64,000 nucleotides of DNA from Sminthopsis crassicaudata. Its lineage: Eukaryota. The position numbers and the translations under genes were made by a program. Shown one piece after another: positions 22,635 through 37,950 of this stretch; positions within the stretch are counted from its first letter, which is position 1; every line of letters begins with the position of its first letter. The stretch is from positions 649,614,558 to 649,678,557 of the forward strand of contig NC_133619.1 of the NCBI RefSeq assembly GCF_048593235.1, read 5' to 3'. Under the pieces are notes generated by a model that ran no database searches, had not been told where the DNA came from, and was given only the letters and a program-made list of their open reading frames with translations.

Positions 22635-25261
22635 GAAGCAGGAAAACACCTGTTTATTCCAAAAATCTCAAAGATACAACTCTGGCTTCACTCAGGCCGA
22701 GAGCAGAGAGAGGGAGAAGCGAGGGCTGGAGCGTCCTCTCCCATGGAGGGAGGGCTGCAGCGTCCTCTCCCATGGAGGGAGGGCTGGGTGTCCTCCCGGG
22801 GAGTGCTCCCTCTTCCCTCCTCCACCCTGGCAATTCCAGAACAGAAAAGGTCCGAAGCCGTCCTGGAGGGTGGGAGAGGCTGGATTCCTGCAGTTTTGCT
22901 CTGCTCCCCAAAGCCCGTCCCCCCTCAATCCCCCTTCCCACCCTGCCCCTGGCCCTTTTCCCATTATGGCTTATAATCATCGAGGGGGCACAGGCACCCC
23001 AGGCAGATGGGCTAGCACCCACCTGGATCCTTGAGAGGGAAACAGAGGGGAGGGACCAGGATCGGGCGAGAGACAAAATGGAAGAAGAGCTCCGGTGTGT
23101 CCGGGGAGGAGAGGAGCTCTGGATTGGGGAGGGCGGGAAGGCCCCGTTGTATGTGGGGTGCGGGACGCGGGCCCGGGGGCCTTGGACAAAGCAGTCCTGC
23201 CGTGGAGCGTCGGCTCCCTCCCCAGCCCTGACAAGGGCCTGGTCTCACCATTAAGGTGCAGCTGGAGCTGAGGGCAGAAGTGCAGGCATTGGGGGGGAGG
23301 ACTGGGGACGGACGGGGACAGGAGCCCCCCACCTTGCCCTGGAGGCTGGGGAGGGTTTAGCCCTTAAGTGTTGGGGTGTAGGCACCCCCGAATCATGGCT
23401 ATGTACAAGGGGGAGGATGAGTTGTGCATGGGGAATGGGGAGCCCCCAGACACCAGAAAGGTTCCCTGGGGGAGGCAAGGGGGAGATGCCTTAAGAATGG
23501 TCCCAGCCCACCCTCCTGCCGTCCACTCCGGGATTCCCTCTGCCCACTCCTCATCCCCAAAAGGAAGCCCAAGTCTGGGGGGGGAGCCTGAGGTCGAGGC
23601 AGTCCAAGGGGGCAGAGCTCACGGCAGTGAGGGCAAAGAGGCAGTGATATCACGGAGGGGGGGGGCCGCTCCCAGGGGAGGCCATCCTCAGCGGGGGAGG
23701 GGGACGCCATCGCAGGACCCTCGGGGAGGAAGCGCTCCTCGCAGGCAGACACGAGCCGCCTCCTCCTGCGGGGGTCGCCAGGCCAGCAAGCAGTGAGATC
23801 CGCTGGGGGGGAGGGGTCCCCGAGGAGGCGGCCACCCCGAAAGGAGGAGATGTCATCGGGCAGCCGTCCAGGCAGCAGCGGCGACGGCGGTCACCGAGGG
23901 AGGCAGCGACGCGTCCCTGGGGACACGCAGGAAGGAAGCGACGACGGCACGTCCCAGAGGAGACCTCCAGGCTGGCGGTGGGGGCCTCAGGCGCAGGAAG
24001 GCTCTCCTCGGGACCTCCCGGGGACCCAGACCCTCGGTAAGAGGTAAGAGTCCTCCTGCACGCTGAGCGGGCAGAGCTCACCCACCAGGCTGGGCTGGTT
24101 CTGGGAGCCCCAGGGCAAGGAGGCCGCGGATCAGCCGTGCCCAGCATCCGGAGGGCCCGGCCATGCCGGGGGAGCCTATGAGAGGATGGCATGAGTTCTT
24201 GGGGGGAACAGGAGAGCTGCCTCCAGCACGAAGGAGGTTCTTCTATTTGCCCGCGGAGGCCGGGGCTGGGCATGGCGGGGGACCCACCAAGATGCTGAGT
24301 GAGCCTCAACCCCGACTCCCCGACGACGGGAGCTGCCCCCAAACCTAGGAGATGGTCGGGGCCCCTCCCTGGAGTCTCCAAGAAGGGGAGGTCGCGGCCG
24401 GGGCTGGATGAGATGGCCGGCCATCGGGGGTTCCAGCTGCAACTTCCCTGGCTCCTTTGAGGGAGGTGAGCTCCTCTGAGGAGGAGCCGGTGGTCGCCAG
24501 GAGGGAGGAAGACTGGACGGCCGAGGGGCAAGGCCTGAGCCGGGGGGCCAGAGGGCTGGGCCAGGCTCCCCCAACGCCCCCCGCGATGGCAGCGAGTTCA
24601 CAATCTCCAGGGCGGTGGGAGCCTTCAGGAAGGAATGGTGGGGGGCGGGGGGGCTCTGGGAAATGACATCACGGTCAGAGGGAAGGGCCCGGAAGGAGTG
24701 CGGGGATACTTGGCCAGTCTCCTGCTGACCCCGCTTCTCCCTGGACGCCTCCCAAAGGGTCGGAACCACCGGGGAGAACGTCCCGCAAGGCAAGGAGCCT
24801 GGGCGGACGGACGGCGTGTCCAGGAATGGCGTCGCCCAGAGATGGACTTGGTGGGGCAGGAAGGGGGGGAGATCAGCACATGGCATCGTGGGAGGGCCAC
24901 GTCCCCCGGGAGGGTGCGCCGTGGGCCAGGGGGCTAGCAGCGGGGTAAAGCCTCTAGCACCTCGGGACAGCCAGGAACCTCGGGGGGATGTCGTGGGAGA
25001 CGACGGCATGGGAAGAGGAGCACTTGGCAGGGGCGAAGGCTTTGGCAGTGATGTCACAAGAAGGCGATCTACCGGGGACATTGTCGAGGGGACGGTAGCC
25101 GGGGGGACGACGTCCCAGGAAGGCCCCGAGCCTCTGGAGCTCGTGGCCCAGAAGGGACGCGGTGGCCGGGGCAGAGCCCCAGAGGCGCGGCCCCCCCGTG
25201 GCCGGGCAGCCCGGCCAGAGCCTCGCGGGTGGGCGCCTCCGGGAGGGCCAGCTTCGGGCCC
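22635..25261 (-). other. SHISA7: Probable ~2.6-kb SHISA7 3'UTR
   Basis: The first minus-strand AATAAA I found downstream of the stop is at 22653-22658. The intervening sequence is GC-rich, with no recognisable protein. Confidence 0.5.
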
Positions 25262-29279
<4,018 letters not shown>

Positions 29280-29427
29280 AACAGCAGGAGCTGGCGGGCC
29301 GGGCCATGCTGGGAGGAGGCGGAATCAGGCCCCTCCCCTCGGGCAGGGCCGGGCGCACCAGGAGCCGGGCCGTCACCTTGGACAGCTCCCGGCCTTTCTG
29401 CCACCTGTTTCTATGGCGGCCACTCAC

Positions 29428-29700
29428 CGGGCAGCGAGCCCACCGTCGGGGGGACGCAGCGGCCCCCGAGCCACGCGGCCCGGGCCCCTGCAGGTACACA
29501 CAACTTGTGGCCAGCGCACTTCCTTTCCCCGGATGGGAGCTCTCCGTTCCGCTGCACACGCACACACTCACACACACTTACACGCGCGCTCACACTCACA
29601 GCGCGCTCACACTCGCACGCGCACACGCAGTGACAGACGCATCCGCGCACACAGGTGCACAATTCGCTCCCACAGGCAGGAACCCATCCCCCCACCCGCA
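29428..29700 (-). other. SHISA7: Probable non-coding first exon of SHISA7 (5' end uncertain)
   Basis: Consensus donor CCG|GTGAGT at 29426-29427 and a strong acceptor ...ttctctcccacAG at 28430-28431, 20 nt before the ATG. It lies in a CpG island. Confidence 0.5.
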
Positions 29701-31992
29701 GCCACCGCAATCACGGACGTGCCCAAATACCCAGAAACCCCGAGGTCCAGCTCCGGCCCCAAGGCACGGGCGCGGAGGAGCCCCCTCCCACAAGTGGGGT
29801 CGGGCCGGAACATCTCCGGACACACCCGCGGAACCCCCCCTCCCCCACCCGCGCCCGCAGGCGGACCCCCTTAGCCCCTGACGGTTTCTGGTGGGGGGCG
29901 GCCCCCCAGGGGCCATCCTCAGGCAGGAGAGCCAGCACATCCCACCCACCGAGCGCCCACACCCAAAGGGGGAGCCGGAGAGACGAGGGGGGCAGACAAA
30001 GGAGACGACACAGACTGACGTGGGGAGACGGGGAGGAAAATGAAGTCGGGGGTGGAGAGGGCGCCGAGGCCGGGGAGGGAGGGGCAGCCCCCGCCCCAGG
30101 CTTCCTGGGAAAGCTCCAGTGGCCGCCAGCCCCCGTCTCCCGGTCCGCTCCTCCACCGGCTCATTGCCAAGCAAAGAGACTCGACGCCCCCCCTCGCCCA
30201 TCCCCCCCAGCGGGAGCATGGAGACGGGCAGGGGCTGGGCGCGGGGCTCCGCCACCCCTCCTTACCCAGCTCGCCAGGGGCCCCCAGCTTCGGCCTGGGC
30301 GCGCGTGAGGGGCCGGGCCGAGTTCCGAGCGCTGTGCGCGGCGCGAGCTCGCTCCCTGTGTGTGTGGGGGGGCAGAACCCTGTGTGTGCCTGTGTGTGGG
30401 TGGCTGGGGGGGAGCTGGGGCACTTGGGGCGTGTGTGGCTCTTTCTGTGGGCAGATTCTAGGGGCGGGGGAGGATTTAGGGTTAGGGAGAAGGAAGCCTT
30501 TGGGAACGGCAGGGGCGAGGGACGGAGCGCTGGGGGACAGAGGGACAGGGGCCCGGGGCTGCAGAGTGGGGGCGGGGTTCTGGCTGAGCCCGGAGGAAGC
30601 GGCAGCGCCCGTTTACGGCCCCCCCAGGCTCCCCCCAGGCTGCGTGCCTTCCTTTGCTAGGCTCCTTCGTCCGGGCTGGCTCAGGGCTCCATCGCCTTTC
30701 TTTGTTCCAGGCGCCTGAGTCCCGGCCGTCATCTCCCCTCCATCTCTCCCCGCCGGGGGGGCTCGGCGTGGGGAGGGGGGCCACAATGGCAGAGACTCTA
30801 AGAGCCCCTTCCCTTCCCGGAGCTGGGGGGGACGGGAAGGGGAAAGTGGGGGGAGGGCCCGGCTGCGGCAGGAGCGGGTTATTCCAGGCGCAGAATAGAC
30901 TCCTGTTGCCATGGAGATGGGAGCGCGGGCCTGGGGAGGGAGGCAGGCTTCTGCATAGGTATGGGGGCCAGGATTCCGGGGTCCTTGCGGGCGGGAGCTG
31001 AGGTCAGGACTCTCGGGGGCGTGGGGGAAGGGAGGAGAGAGAAGCTTGCGGGGTCCCGGGAGGAGAAAACGGCTTGGGGACCAAGGATGCCTGGGGATCA
31101 GGCCACCTGCGAGAGGGGATGAGGGGCCCCAGAAAGGAAGAGCTTGGAGAGAAGCAGCGTTCCCCCAAAAGGGTCTGGGTTCCTGCCGCGGCCCCCGAGG
31201 CAGGAGGCTGCGCCCCGAGACTTCCCAGCCCCTGAAGATTGCGGAGACGCGGTCCCCCGGTCTCTGAGGGGGCGGGGGTAGGATGCCTGGGGCTGTCGGG
31301 GAGGGGGGAGGTTGCTTCGGGTAGCTGGATCTCTCTGGGGGGGGTTAGAAACGCGGACGCCTGGGTCTCTGGGGAGGGGGGCGCTGACGGAGGCAAAGGG
31401 GGCTGATGGGCGCCCGGACTCCGGAGCTGACGTGCTGTGGACTCGCCCCCCTCCCCCTTTCTCTGTAGCTCACCTGGCTCTTCGGATGTCGGGCTTCCGG
31501 ATCTCGGGACAGACGGGCTTATCCTCTGCGCCCGGTCCTGCCCCGGACGGCCCCCTGCCTGCCCCTCCCCGTCTCCAAGGATCTCGGAATAGCCGCCACG
31601 CGTCTCTTGTCTCTGAGCATCTCTAAGTCTCTGAGGACCCCCCCGCCAGTTCCCAATGGCCCCTTCCTCCCCGCGCGCCCCCTCCCGTAATCAAGAATGG
31701 TTTCGTCCATATGTGGAAGAAAGCTTTTATTCCCCGAACTCGGCTCCGAGGGTCACCTCCTCCCAGTCCGCCCCCTCTAGAGCTTAGCCAATCCCCTCCT
31801 TTTCCTCCACGATCATTTGCATAGAGGGAGGTGGTCGGCCAATGGGACAGGTGCTTTCCGCTGAGGGAGGGGGAGGGAGGGTCCGTCTCAAGTGGGAAGC
31901 TTTCCCCTCTCCCCGGACTGAGCCCTTCGACCCCAGGGAGGGGTCCCCACGCTGACTCGTGGCGGGTGTGTTTGGGGGGGGTCTGAGGGTGT

Positions 31993-34722
31993 TCAGCTGA
32001 GGAGCGGGCTCTGGCCCTGGAACAAGCCGAGGAGACCGCTATCGGGGGCCGGCTCCCTAATGAACCTCTGCACCTGGAGGGAAGAGGAAGAAGGGGGAAG
32101 TGGAGACAGGAGCAGTGGGCTACAGGGAGGAAGAGGAAGAGACTCCAGGGGCGGAGCGCAGGGTTGGGGGAAGCTGCAGGCCCAAAGAGGGAGGGGAGCC
32201 CGAGGGGCTGGGGGGAGGGTTACCTCCTTGAAGCGGGGATGGGCAGAATCGCCCACCAGCTGCAGTATGAGGCACTCGCTGGTGGTGAGGAAGACCCCGC
32301 TCTGGCGCATCCTGGACAAAGCCAGCAACCGATCCACCTGACTGGAAGAGGAAGTGAATTGGGGGTGGGGGTGCCCTGCCCCACGGTGAGAGATCGGCTG
32401 GCTCTGGGCGGGGGACCTGGGCTCCGGCCTCTGGCTCAGAAATGGGGGAGGGAGTGGATGACTGATCTCTCAGAATTACAGCAACACCCATTAGGCCCCA
32501 GCTGTGTACCAGGCACAGTGCTAGGCCTGAAGGAGGCAAACGGCATGGGTCTGGGGGGGAGGGGGGTGGGACCAAGAGCCCCGGGTTGGGGGAAGGGAGG
32601 GCTGCTAGAAGGCCCAGACTTCTGTGCCTGAGACAAGGAAGGAACAAGGTGCGGATCCTGCGCATGCCCGTGACACTGACTACAGGAACCCGGGGACCAG
32701 AGCTTACTTATGCAGGGGATCGAAGCCGGACCTCCCTCTTCTGGCTGCCTGGTGGTTCAGTCCAAAGGGGAGTGGGCTCCAGGGGCCTCCCCTCCACCCA
32801 CCCAGGGCTCCGGGTGGTACAGTCCACTCCCTCATTCACTTCATTGCACAAGTGTCCCCAGATCTGGGCCCCTCCCCACCACTCACTGACCTTCGGGAGG
32901 AGCAGGCATCGGCCACCACGTGCACGTCCAGGCCTCTCTCCAGCAGGTCCAGGGCTGTGCTCTGGGGAGTGGTCAGAGGTCAGGGCCCACCCCAGGGTCT
33001 ACCTGGGGGGGGGTTGTGTGGGAGAGCCTACCATGACACAGGCTTGGGCCTCAATGCCGCACAGCAGCACCGACTTCAGGCTGGGCTTGGCCTTCATCAG
33101 CTGCTCCACTTCGGGCACCACCATGCTGAAGGTCGTCTTGGGCACGGCTCGGATGCCCTGGGCCCCCAGCTCTGGCACTGTGGGACCAAGGCCCTCGGGG
33201 TACTGTTCTGTCAGCATCACCGGGATGTCCAGCACGCGGGCCACCTGGGGTCAGGGGGACAAGTGCAGCCCATGGGGGTCAAGTGGGGACGAGACACCTG
33301 CAGGGTGGGTCAGGTACGAATAAGACAGTGGGGGGGTAGGGGAAGACAAAACAGTTAGAGAGGGCCAAGTGGTACCATCTGGGGGGCTCAGGTGGTACCC
33401 CGACACCTGGGGGGGCTCAGATACCAGACATCTGGGGGGCTTGGGTAGTACAGACACCTGAGGGGTCAGGTTGTACTAGGCACCTGGGGGCTCAAGTATC
33501 AGATATTTGGAGGGGCTCAGGTGGTACCAGATACCTGCAGGGGAGGGGGGCTCAGGTGGTACCAGATACCTGCAGGGGAGGGGGGGCTCAGGTGGTACCA
33601 GATACCTGCGGGGGAGGGGGGCTCGGGTGGTACCAGATACCTGCAGGGGAGGGGGGCTCGGTTGGTACCAGATACCTGCGGGGGAGGGGGGCTCGGGTGG
33701 TACCAGATACCTGCGGGGGAGGGGAGGCTCGGGTGGTACCAGATACCTGCGGGGGAGGGGAGGCTCGGGTGGTACCAGATACCTGCGGGGGAGGGGGAGC
33801 TCGGGTGGTACCAGATACCTGCGGGGGAGGGGAGGCTCGGGTGGTACCAGATACCTGCGGGGGGGGGGGGGGAGGGGGGCTCGGGTGGTACCAGATACCT
33901 GCAGGGGAGGGGGGGCTCGGGTGGTACCAGATACCTGCGGGGGAGGGGGGCTCGGGTGGTACCAGATACCTGCAGGGGAGGGGGGCTCGGGTGGTACCAG
34001 ATACCTGCGGGGGAGGGGGGGCTCGGGTGGTACCAAATACCTGTGGGGGAGGGGGGCTCGGGTGGTACCAGATACCTGCGGGGGAGGGGAGGCTCGGGTG
34101 GTACCAGATACCTGCGGGGGAGGGGGAGCTCGGGTGGTACCAGATACCTGCGGGGGGGGGAAGGGGGGGCTTGGGTGGTACCAGATACCTGCGGGGGGGG
34201 GGGGGGCTCGGGTGGTACCAGATACCTGCGGGGGAGGGGGGCTCGGGTGGTACCAGATACCTGCAGGGGAGGGGGGCTCGGGTGGTACCAGATACCTGCG
34301 GGGGAGGGGGGGCTCGGGTGGTACCAAATACCTGCGGGGGAGGGGGGCTCGGGTGGTACCAGATACCTGCGGGGGAGGGGAGGCTCGGGTGGTACCAGAT
34401 ACCTGCGGGGGAGGGGGAGCTCAGGTGGTACCAGATACCTGCGGGGGGGGGGAAGGGGGGGCTTGGGTGGTACCAGATACCTGCGGGGGGGGGGCTCGGG
34501 TGGTACCAGATACCTGCGGGGGAGGGGGGCTCGGGTGGTACCAGAACCTGGCGAGGCAGGTAGAGGGCTGGGGCGGGGCCGCACCTGGAGCATGCGGGCG
34601 GACACGGCCACGATCTGGGGGAAGAAGGAGATGACGCCTCGGAATTTCTCCTGCATGTCGCACAGGAAGAGAATGGAGGAGCCGGGCAGCACGCGGCCCA
34701 GGGCCGGGCGGGCTGCGGCCAT
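31993..34722 (-). CDS. ISOC2: Isochorismatase domain-containing protein 2 (206 aa); exons 34585-34722, 33032-33244, 32891-32961, 32224-32341, 31993-32073
   Basis: [28 protein letters not shown].../[26 protein letters not shown]...[51 protein letters not shown].../[26 protein letters not shown]. Introns are GT-AG, with minus-strand AATAAA near 31726-31731. Confidence 0.98.
33369..34550. repeat. Minisatellite, ~35-bp unit (GGTGGTACCAGATACCTGCGGGGGAGGGGGGCTCG), ~29 core copies plus a degenerate flank, in ISOC2 intron 2
   Basis: Directly visible; each core unit contains GGTACC. Confidence 0.97.
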
Positions 34723-34893
34723 CGCTGGGGAGGGGTCACAGTGGGCTGGGAGCCGGACCGCTCGGACCCCGCTCTGAGAGAGAGAAGCGAGGCGGGGCCC
34801 GGGACCCCGGCCAGGACTCGAAGCGGAGCCCCTTCCCCGCTCCCACTTGGCCTCCGTCCCCGGGGTCCGAAACCAGTCTCGCCGGGTACTCAC

Positions 34894-35120
34894 TGGCTCC
34901 GCGACCTTCGCGATTTCCTCTGAAATACAAGACGTTCCGCCCCCGGAGCAGGGGCCAATCGGAGCGTAAGCGGGACCCGCAGAGCCAATCGGGGCTCAAG
35001 GACCCACTGGGCCAGGGGTAAGAGGAGGAGCTTCTAGGTCCCGCCTTTGGCGCTCCTATTGGTTAGCTGTAGATCTCGCTTCACCAATTAGAAACCTGAA
35101 CTGGGAGAGGCGGGGTCAAG
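34894..35120 (-). promoter_or_regulatory. ISOC2: ISOC2 non-coding exon 1 (donor GTGAGT after 34894) and CCAAT/GC-box promoter
   Basis: Donor at 34888-34893, acceptor CCCCAG 2 nt before the ATG (34725-34726), and several CCAAT/ATTGG and GGGCGG motifs between ~34925 and 35115. Confidence 0.6.
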
Positions 35121-35489
35121 GGGAAAAATCCGAGGACCCCCTACCGGGCCGTAGGTGGAGAGATCTGCAGGGAGCCGGCCGCGGGCCGTGAGAGCCAAGG
35201 TTTCGAGGCTTATTGTCCGGACCAAGGAGGAGACTCGGGGTGGGTCCCGGCAGAATGACTACCTGGCAGAATGATTCCCTCCCCACTCCCCCCCCCCCCC
35301 GTGCCTGCGGCGTATCTGCGCGTGTGCAAGCGGGGCGTGAACGCCCAGAGAAAAGACTCAAGTTCAGTTCTGTGCCAGAGTTTATTTAACACCTGCTGAG
35401 TCCTGGGCGCCGCGCTAGGGGCTCGCGGGGGCGGGAGGGGGCCACCTCCTGAGAGGAGACCCAGATTGGGAAGCCCACCCCCGGGGCAG

Positions 35490-36264
35490 CTAGCAGAGGA
35501 GGGGGCGGGAGAGCTCCGGGCTCCTGCAGGGGGGGGCCCACGTCCCCTCAGCCAGGGGCCCCGCCCGAGACCCCCGGGCCCTGGTGGGGCGCGGTCCTGG
35601 GTCCCGGATCCCTGGGGGCAGGGACGAGACCGGAGCCCCGGGGGGCGGCGGGACAAAGCCGGACGGGTCTTCGGGAGCTGCCGGAAGAAGGGCGGGCCCG
35701 GGGCTCAGGGGGACGATCTCCGCCAGCTCGTGCGCTGGCAGAGCGCTGGCGCTCAGGGCCAGCCCCGGCCCCGGACTCTCGGGGGCCGCCAGGGCCTGGG
35801 CCACCCCAAGGAAGGGGGACGGCGGCCGGAGGGGGCGGGGCCGGGGGCCTGCGCCCTCTGGGGCCGACGGCTGGGGGGCGTCCTGGCCATGCGCGGAACT
35901 CCTGGGGAGATGGGGGGGAGGGGTGGGTCACCGCGCTGGGTCTGCCCGCCCCCCCCCACCCCGCGGCCCACCTGTCCCGCCCCCGCGCATCCCCGTCCTC
36001 GCCCGGCTCCGTGCCTGGCAGCCCCTCCGTCTGCCCCGCCCTGGTCTCTGTTTCCGCCCGTTTCCCAGGGGCCCCGCGGTCCAGTTCTCACCTGCGCGCG
36101 GGACTGTAGGGGAGTCTCCGCGGGGTGGATTTTCTCCGGGGGGGGCGAGTCTTCCGAGGCTGAAGGGTCTTGAGGATCTGGGCAGCCACCCCGCTCATGA
36201 AGGTGCACAGCTCCTGGGGTGCGGGCTCGGGGAGCCAGGAGGCCGCCGGGGTGCCGGGGTGCAT
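35490..36264 (-). CDS. C19orf85: C19orf85-like protein (194 aa); exons 36092-36264 and 35490-35901
   Basis: Exon 1 reads MHPGTPAASWLPEPAPQELCTFMSGVAAQILKTLQPRKTRPPRRK (57 codons + 2 nt), collinear with recalled human [45 protein letters not shown]. The AG|GTGAG donor and CCCCAG acceptor join in frame to ...PSPFLGVAQALAAP. Minus-strand AATAAA lies at 35381-35386, and the position next to ISOC2 is syntenic. Confidence 0.85.
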
Positions 36265-36499
36265 TGCCCTGCCTCCAGGACCCGGGGGGGGGACTACGAA
36301 AGAGAAAGTGAGAGCCGGGAAACTGTCCCCCCTCCCCCAACACACACAGAGACCCCAGCCGAAGGCCCTCTCCACCCCGGAGGCGTTGCCTGACTCTGGG
36401 CAAACCCCTGAGCTTTTTTTTAGGCCTCAGCTTTTCCCTCTGGAAAATGGGTGGGGGTGGGGGTGGGGTGGCTTTGATGTTGCAAATTCCTGAACTGCA

Positions 36500-37950
36500 G
36501 TTCTCCGGTGCTAAGGAGAGAATAGGAGGAGAAAGAAAGGGAGGAGAGGTGACACGGGACTGAAAGAGAAGGGGATTGGGAGAAAAGGGGCTGGGAGGAG
36601 TAAAAATGGGACCGGGGGAAAGGGGTGAGAAGGAGAAAGGAACACGGGGTGAAAGAGAAGTGGGGGGAGGGAGGGAAAAGGTTAGGGACTGGCAGAGAGG
36701 GAAGAAGGAAGAGGGGGATGGAGGAGAGAAGGGGATAGAAAAGAGAAGTGGGGGGAGGGAGGGAAAAGGTTAGGGACTGGCAGAGAGGGAAGAAGGAAGA
36801 GGGGGATGGAGGAGAGAAGGGGATAGAAAAGAGAAGGGGAGAGGAGATGGAATAGGGAGGGAAAAGGCTCGGGACTGGGAGAGAAAGGGAGGAGAGAAAA
36901 GAGGATAAAGGGAAGGAGGATGGAGGAGAGGAAGGAGGTAGGGAAATGGGGAGGTACTGGGAGAGAAAGGAATAAGAAAAGAGAAGAGGAAGAGGAGATA
37001 GAAAAGAGAAGAAGGGATGGAAGAGAGGAGGGGTGGAAGAGAGAGGATAATAAGAGGAGAGAAAAAGCTGGGACTGGGAAAGAAAGGGATGAGGGAAAAG
37101 AGAGAGGGAAAGCAGATGGAGGAGAGAAGAGGGGAAATGGAGAGGGAAGGGAAGGGCTAGGGATTGGGAGAAAAAGGAATAAGCAAAGAAGGGGAGAAAG
37201 GGAAAGGAGATGGAAGAGAAAGGGTGGAGGAGAGAAAGCAATGAGAGAGAAAAGGGGATGGGGAGAAAGGATGAAGGAAAAGATAGAGGAGAAAGGGAGT
37301 GGAGAAAAGTATGAGAGGTGACAGGGAGAGAAAGGGATGAAGGAAAAGAGGAGGAGAAAGGGAGAGGAAATGGAGAAGAGAAAGATGAGAAGCAGAAGGA
37401 ATGAGGAAGGAGAGAAAAGGCTAGGGACTGGGAAAGAAAGGGATGATGAAAAAGAAGAGAAGAAAGGGAAAGAGGATGGAGGAAAGAAGGGGATGAAGGA
37501 GAGATGGAACAGGAAGAGAGAGAAAAGGCTAGGGACTGGGATGGAAAGGGATGATGAAAAAGAAGAGAAGAAAGGGAAAAGATGGAGGAGTGAAGAGGAT
37601 TAAGAGGAGAAGGGGAAATGGGGAGGGAGGGGAAAGGTTAGGGATGGGAGAGAAAGGAATGAGAAAAGGTAAAGAGAAGAAAGGGAGAGGGGATGGAAGA
37701 GAAGGTGGAGGAGAGAAAGCAATGAAAGAGAAGAAATGGGATGGGGAGCAAGGGATGAGAGAAATATAGAGAAAGTGAGAGGGAATGGAAGAGAAGGGAA
37801 TGAGAGAGAAACAGAAGGGATGGGGGTGGAGAAGAGGCTAGGGACTGAGAAAGGGATGAGAGAAAAGCTAGAGAAGATAAAGGGAGAAGGATGGAGAAGA
37901 GAAGGGGATGAGAGAGAAGAAGGGATGGGGACCTGGGGAAAGATATGGCA
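36500..37950. repeat. ~1.4-kb purine-rich (GA) low-complexity tract with internal duplications
   Basis: Almost only G/A on the + strand; an ~87-bp block is repeated at ~36655 and ~36742. Confidence 0.9.

Noticed and set aside
23650-25081. 293- and 301-aa minus-strand ORFs downstream of the SHISA7 stop
   Set aside because: Pro/Ser/Arg/Gly-rich composition expected from GC-rich UTR, with no domain and located within the inferred 3'UTR.
33476-34893. Long ORFs (283-458 aa) on both strands in ISOC2 intron 2
   Set aside because: They are translations of the stop-free 35-bp minisatellite; only 34585-34722 is real coding sequence.
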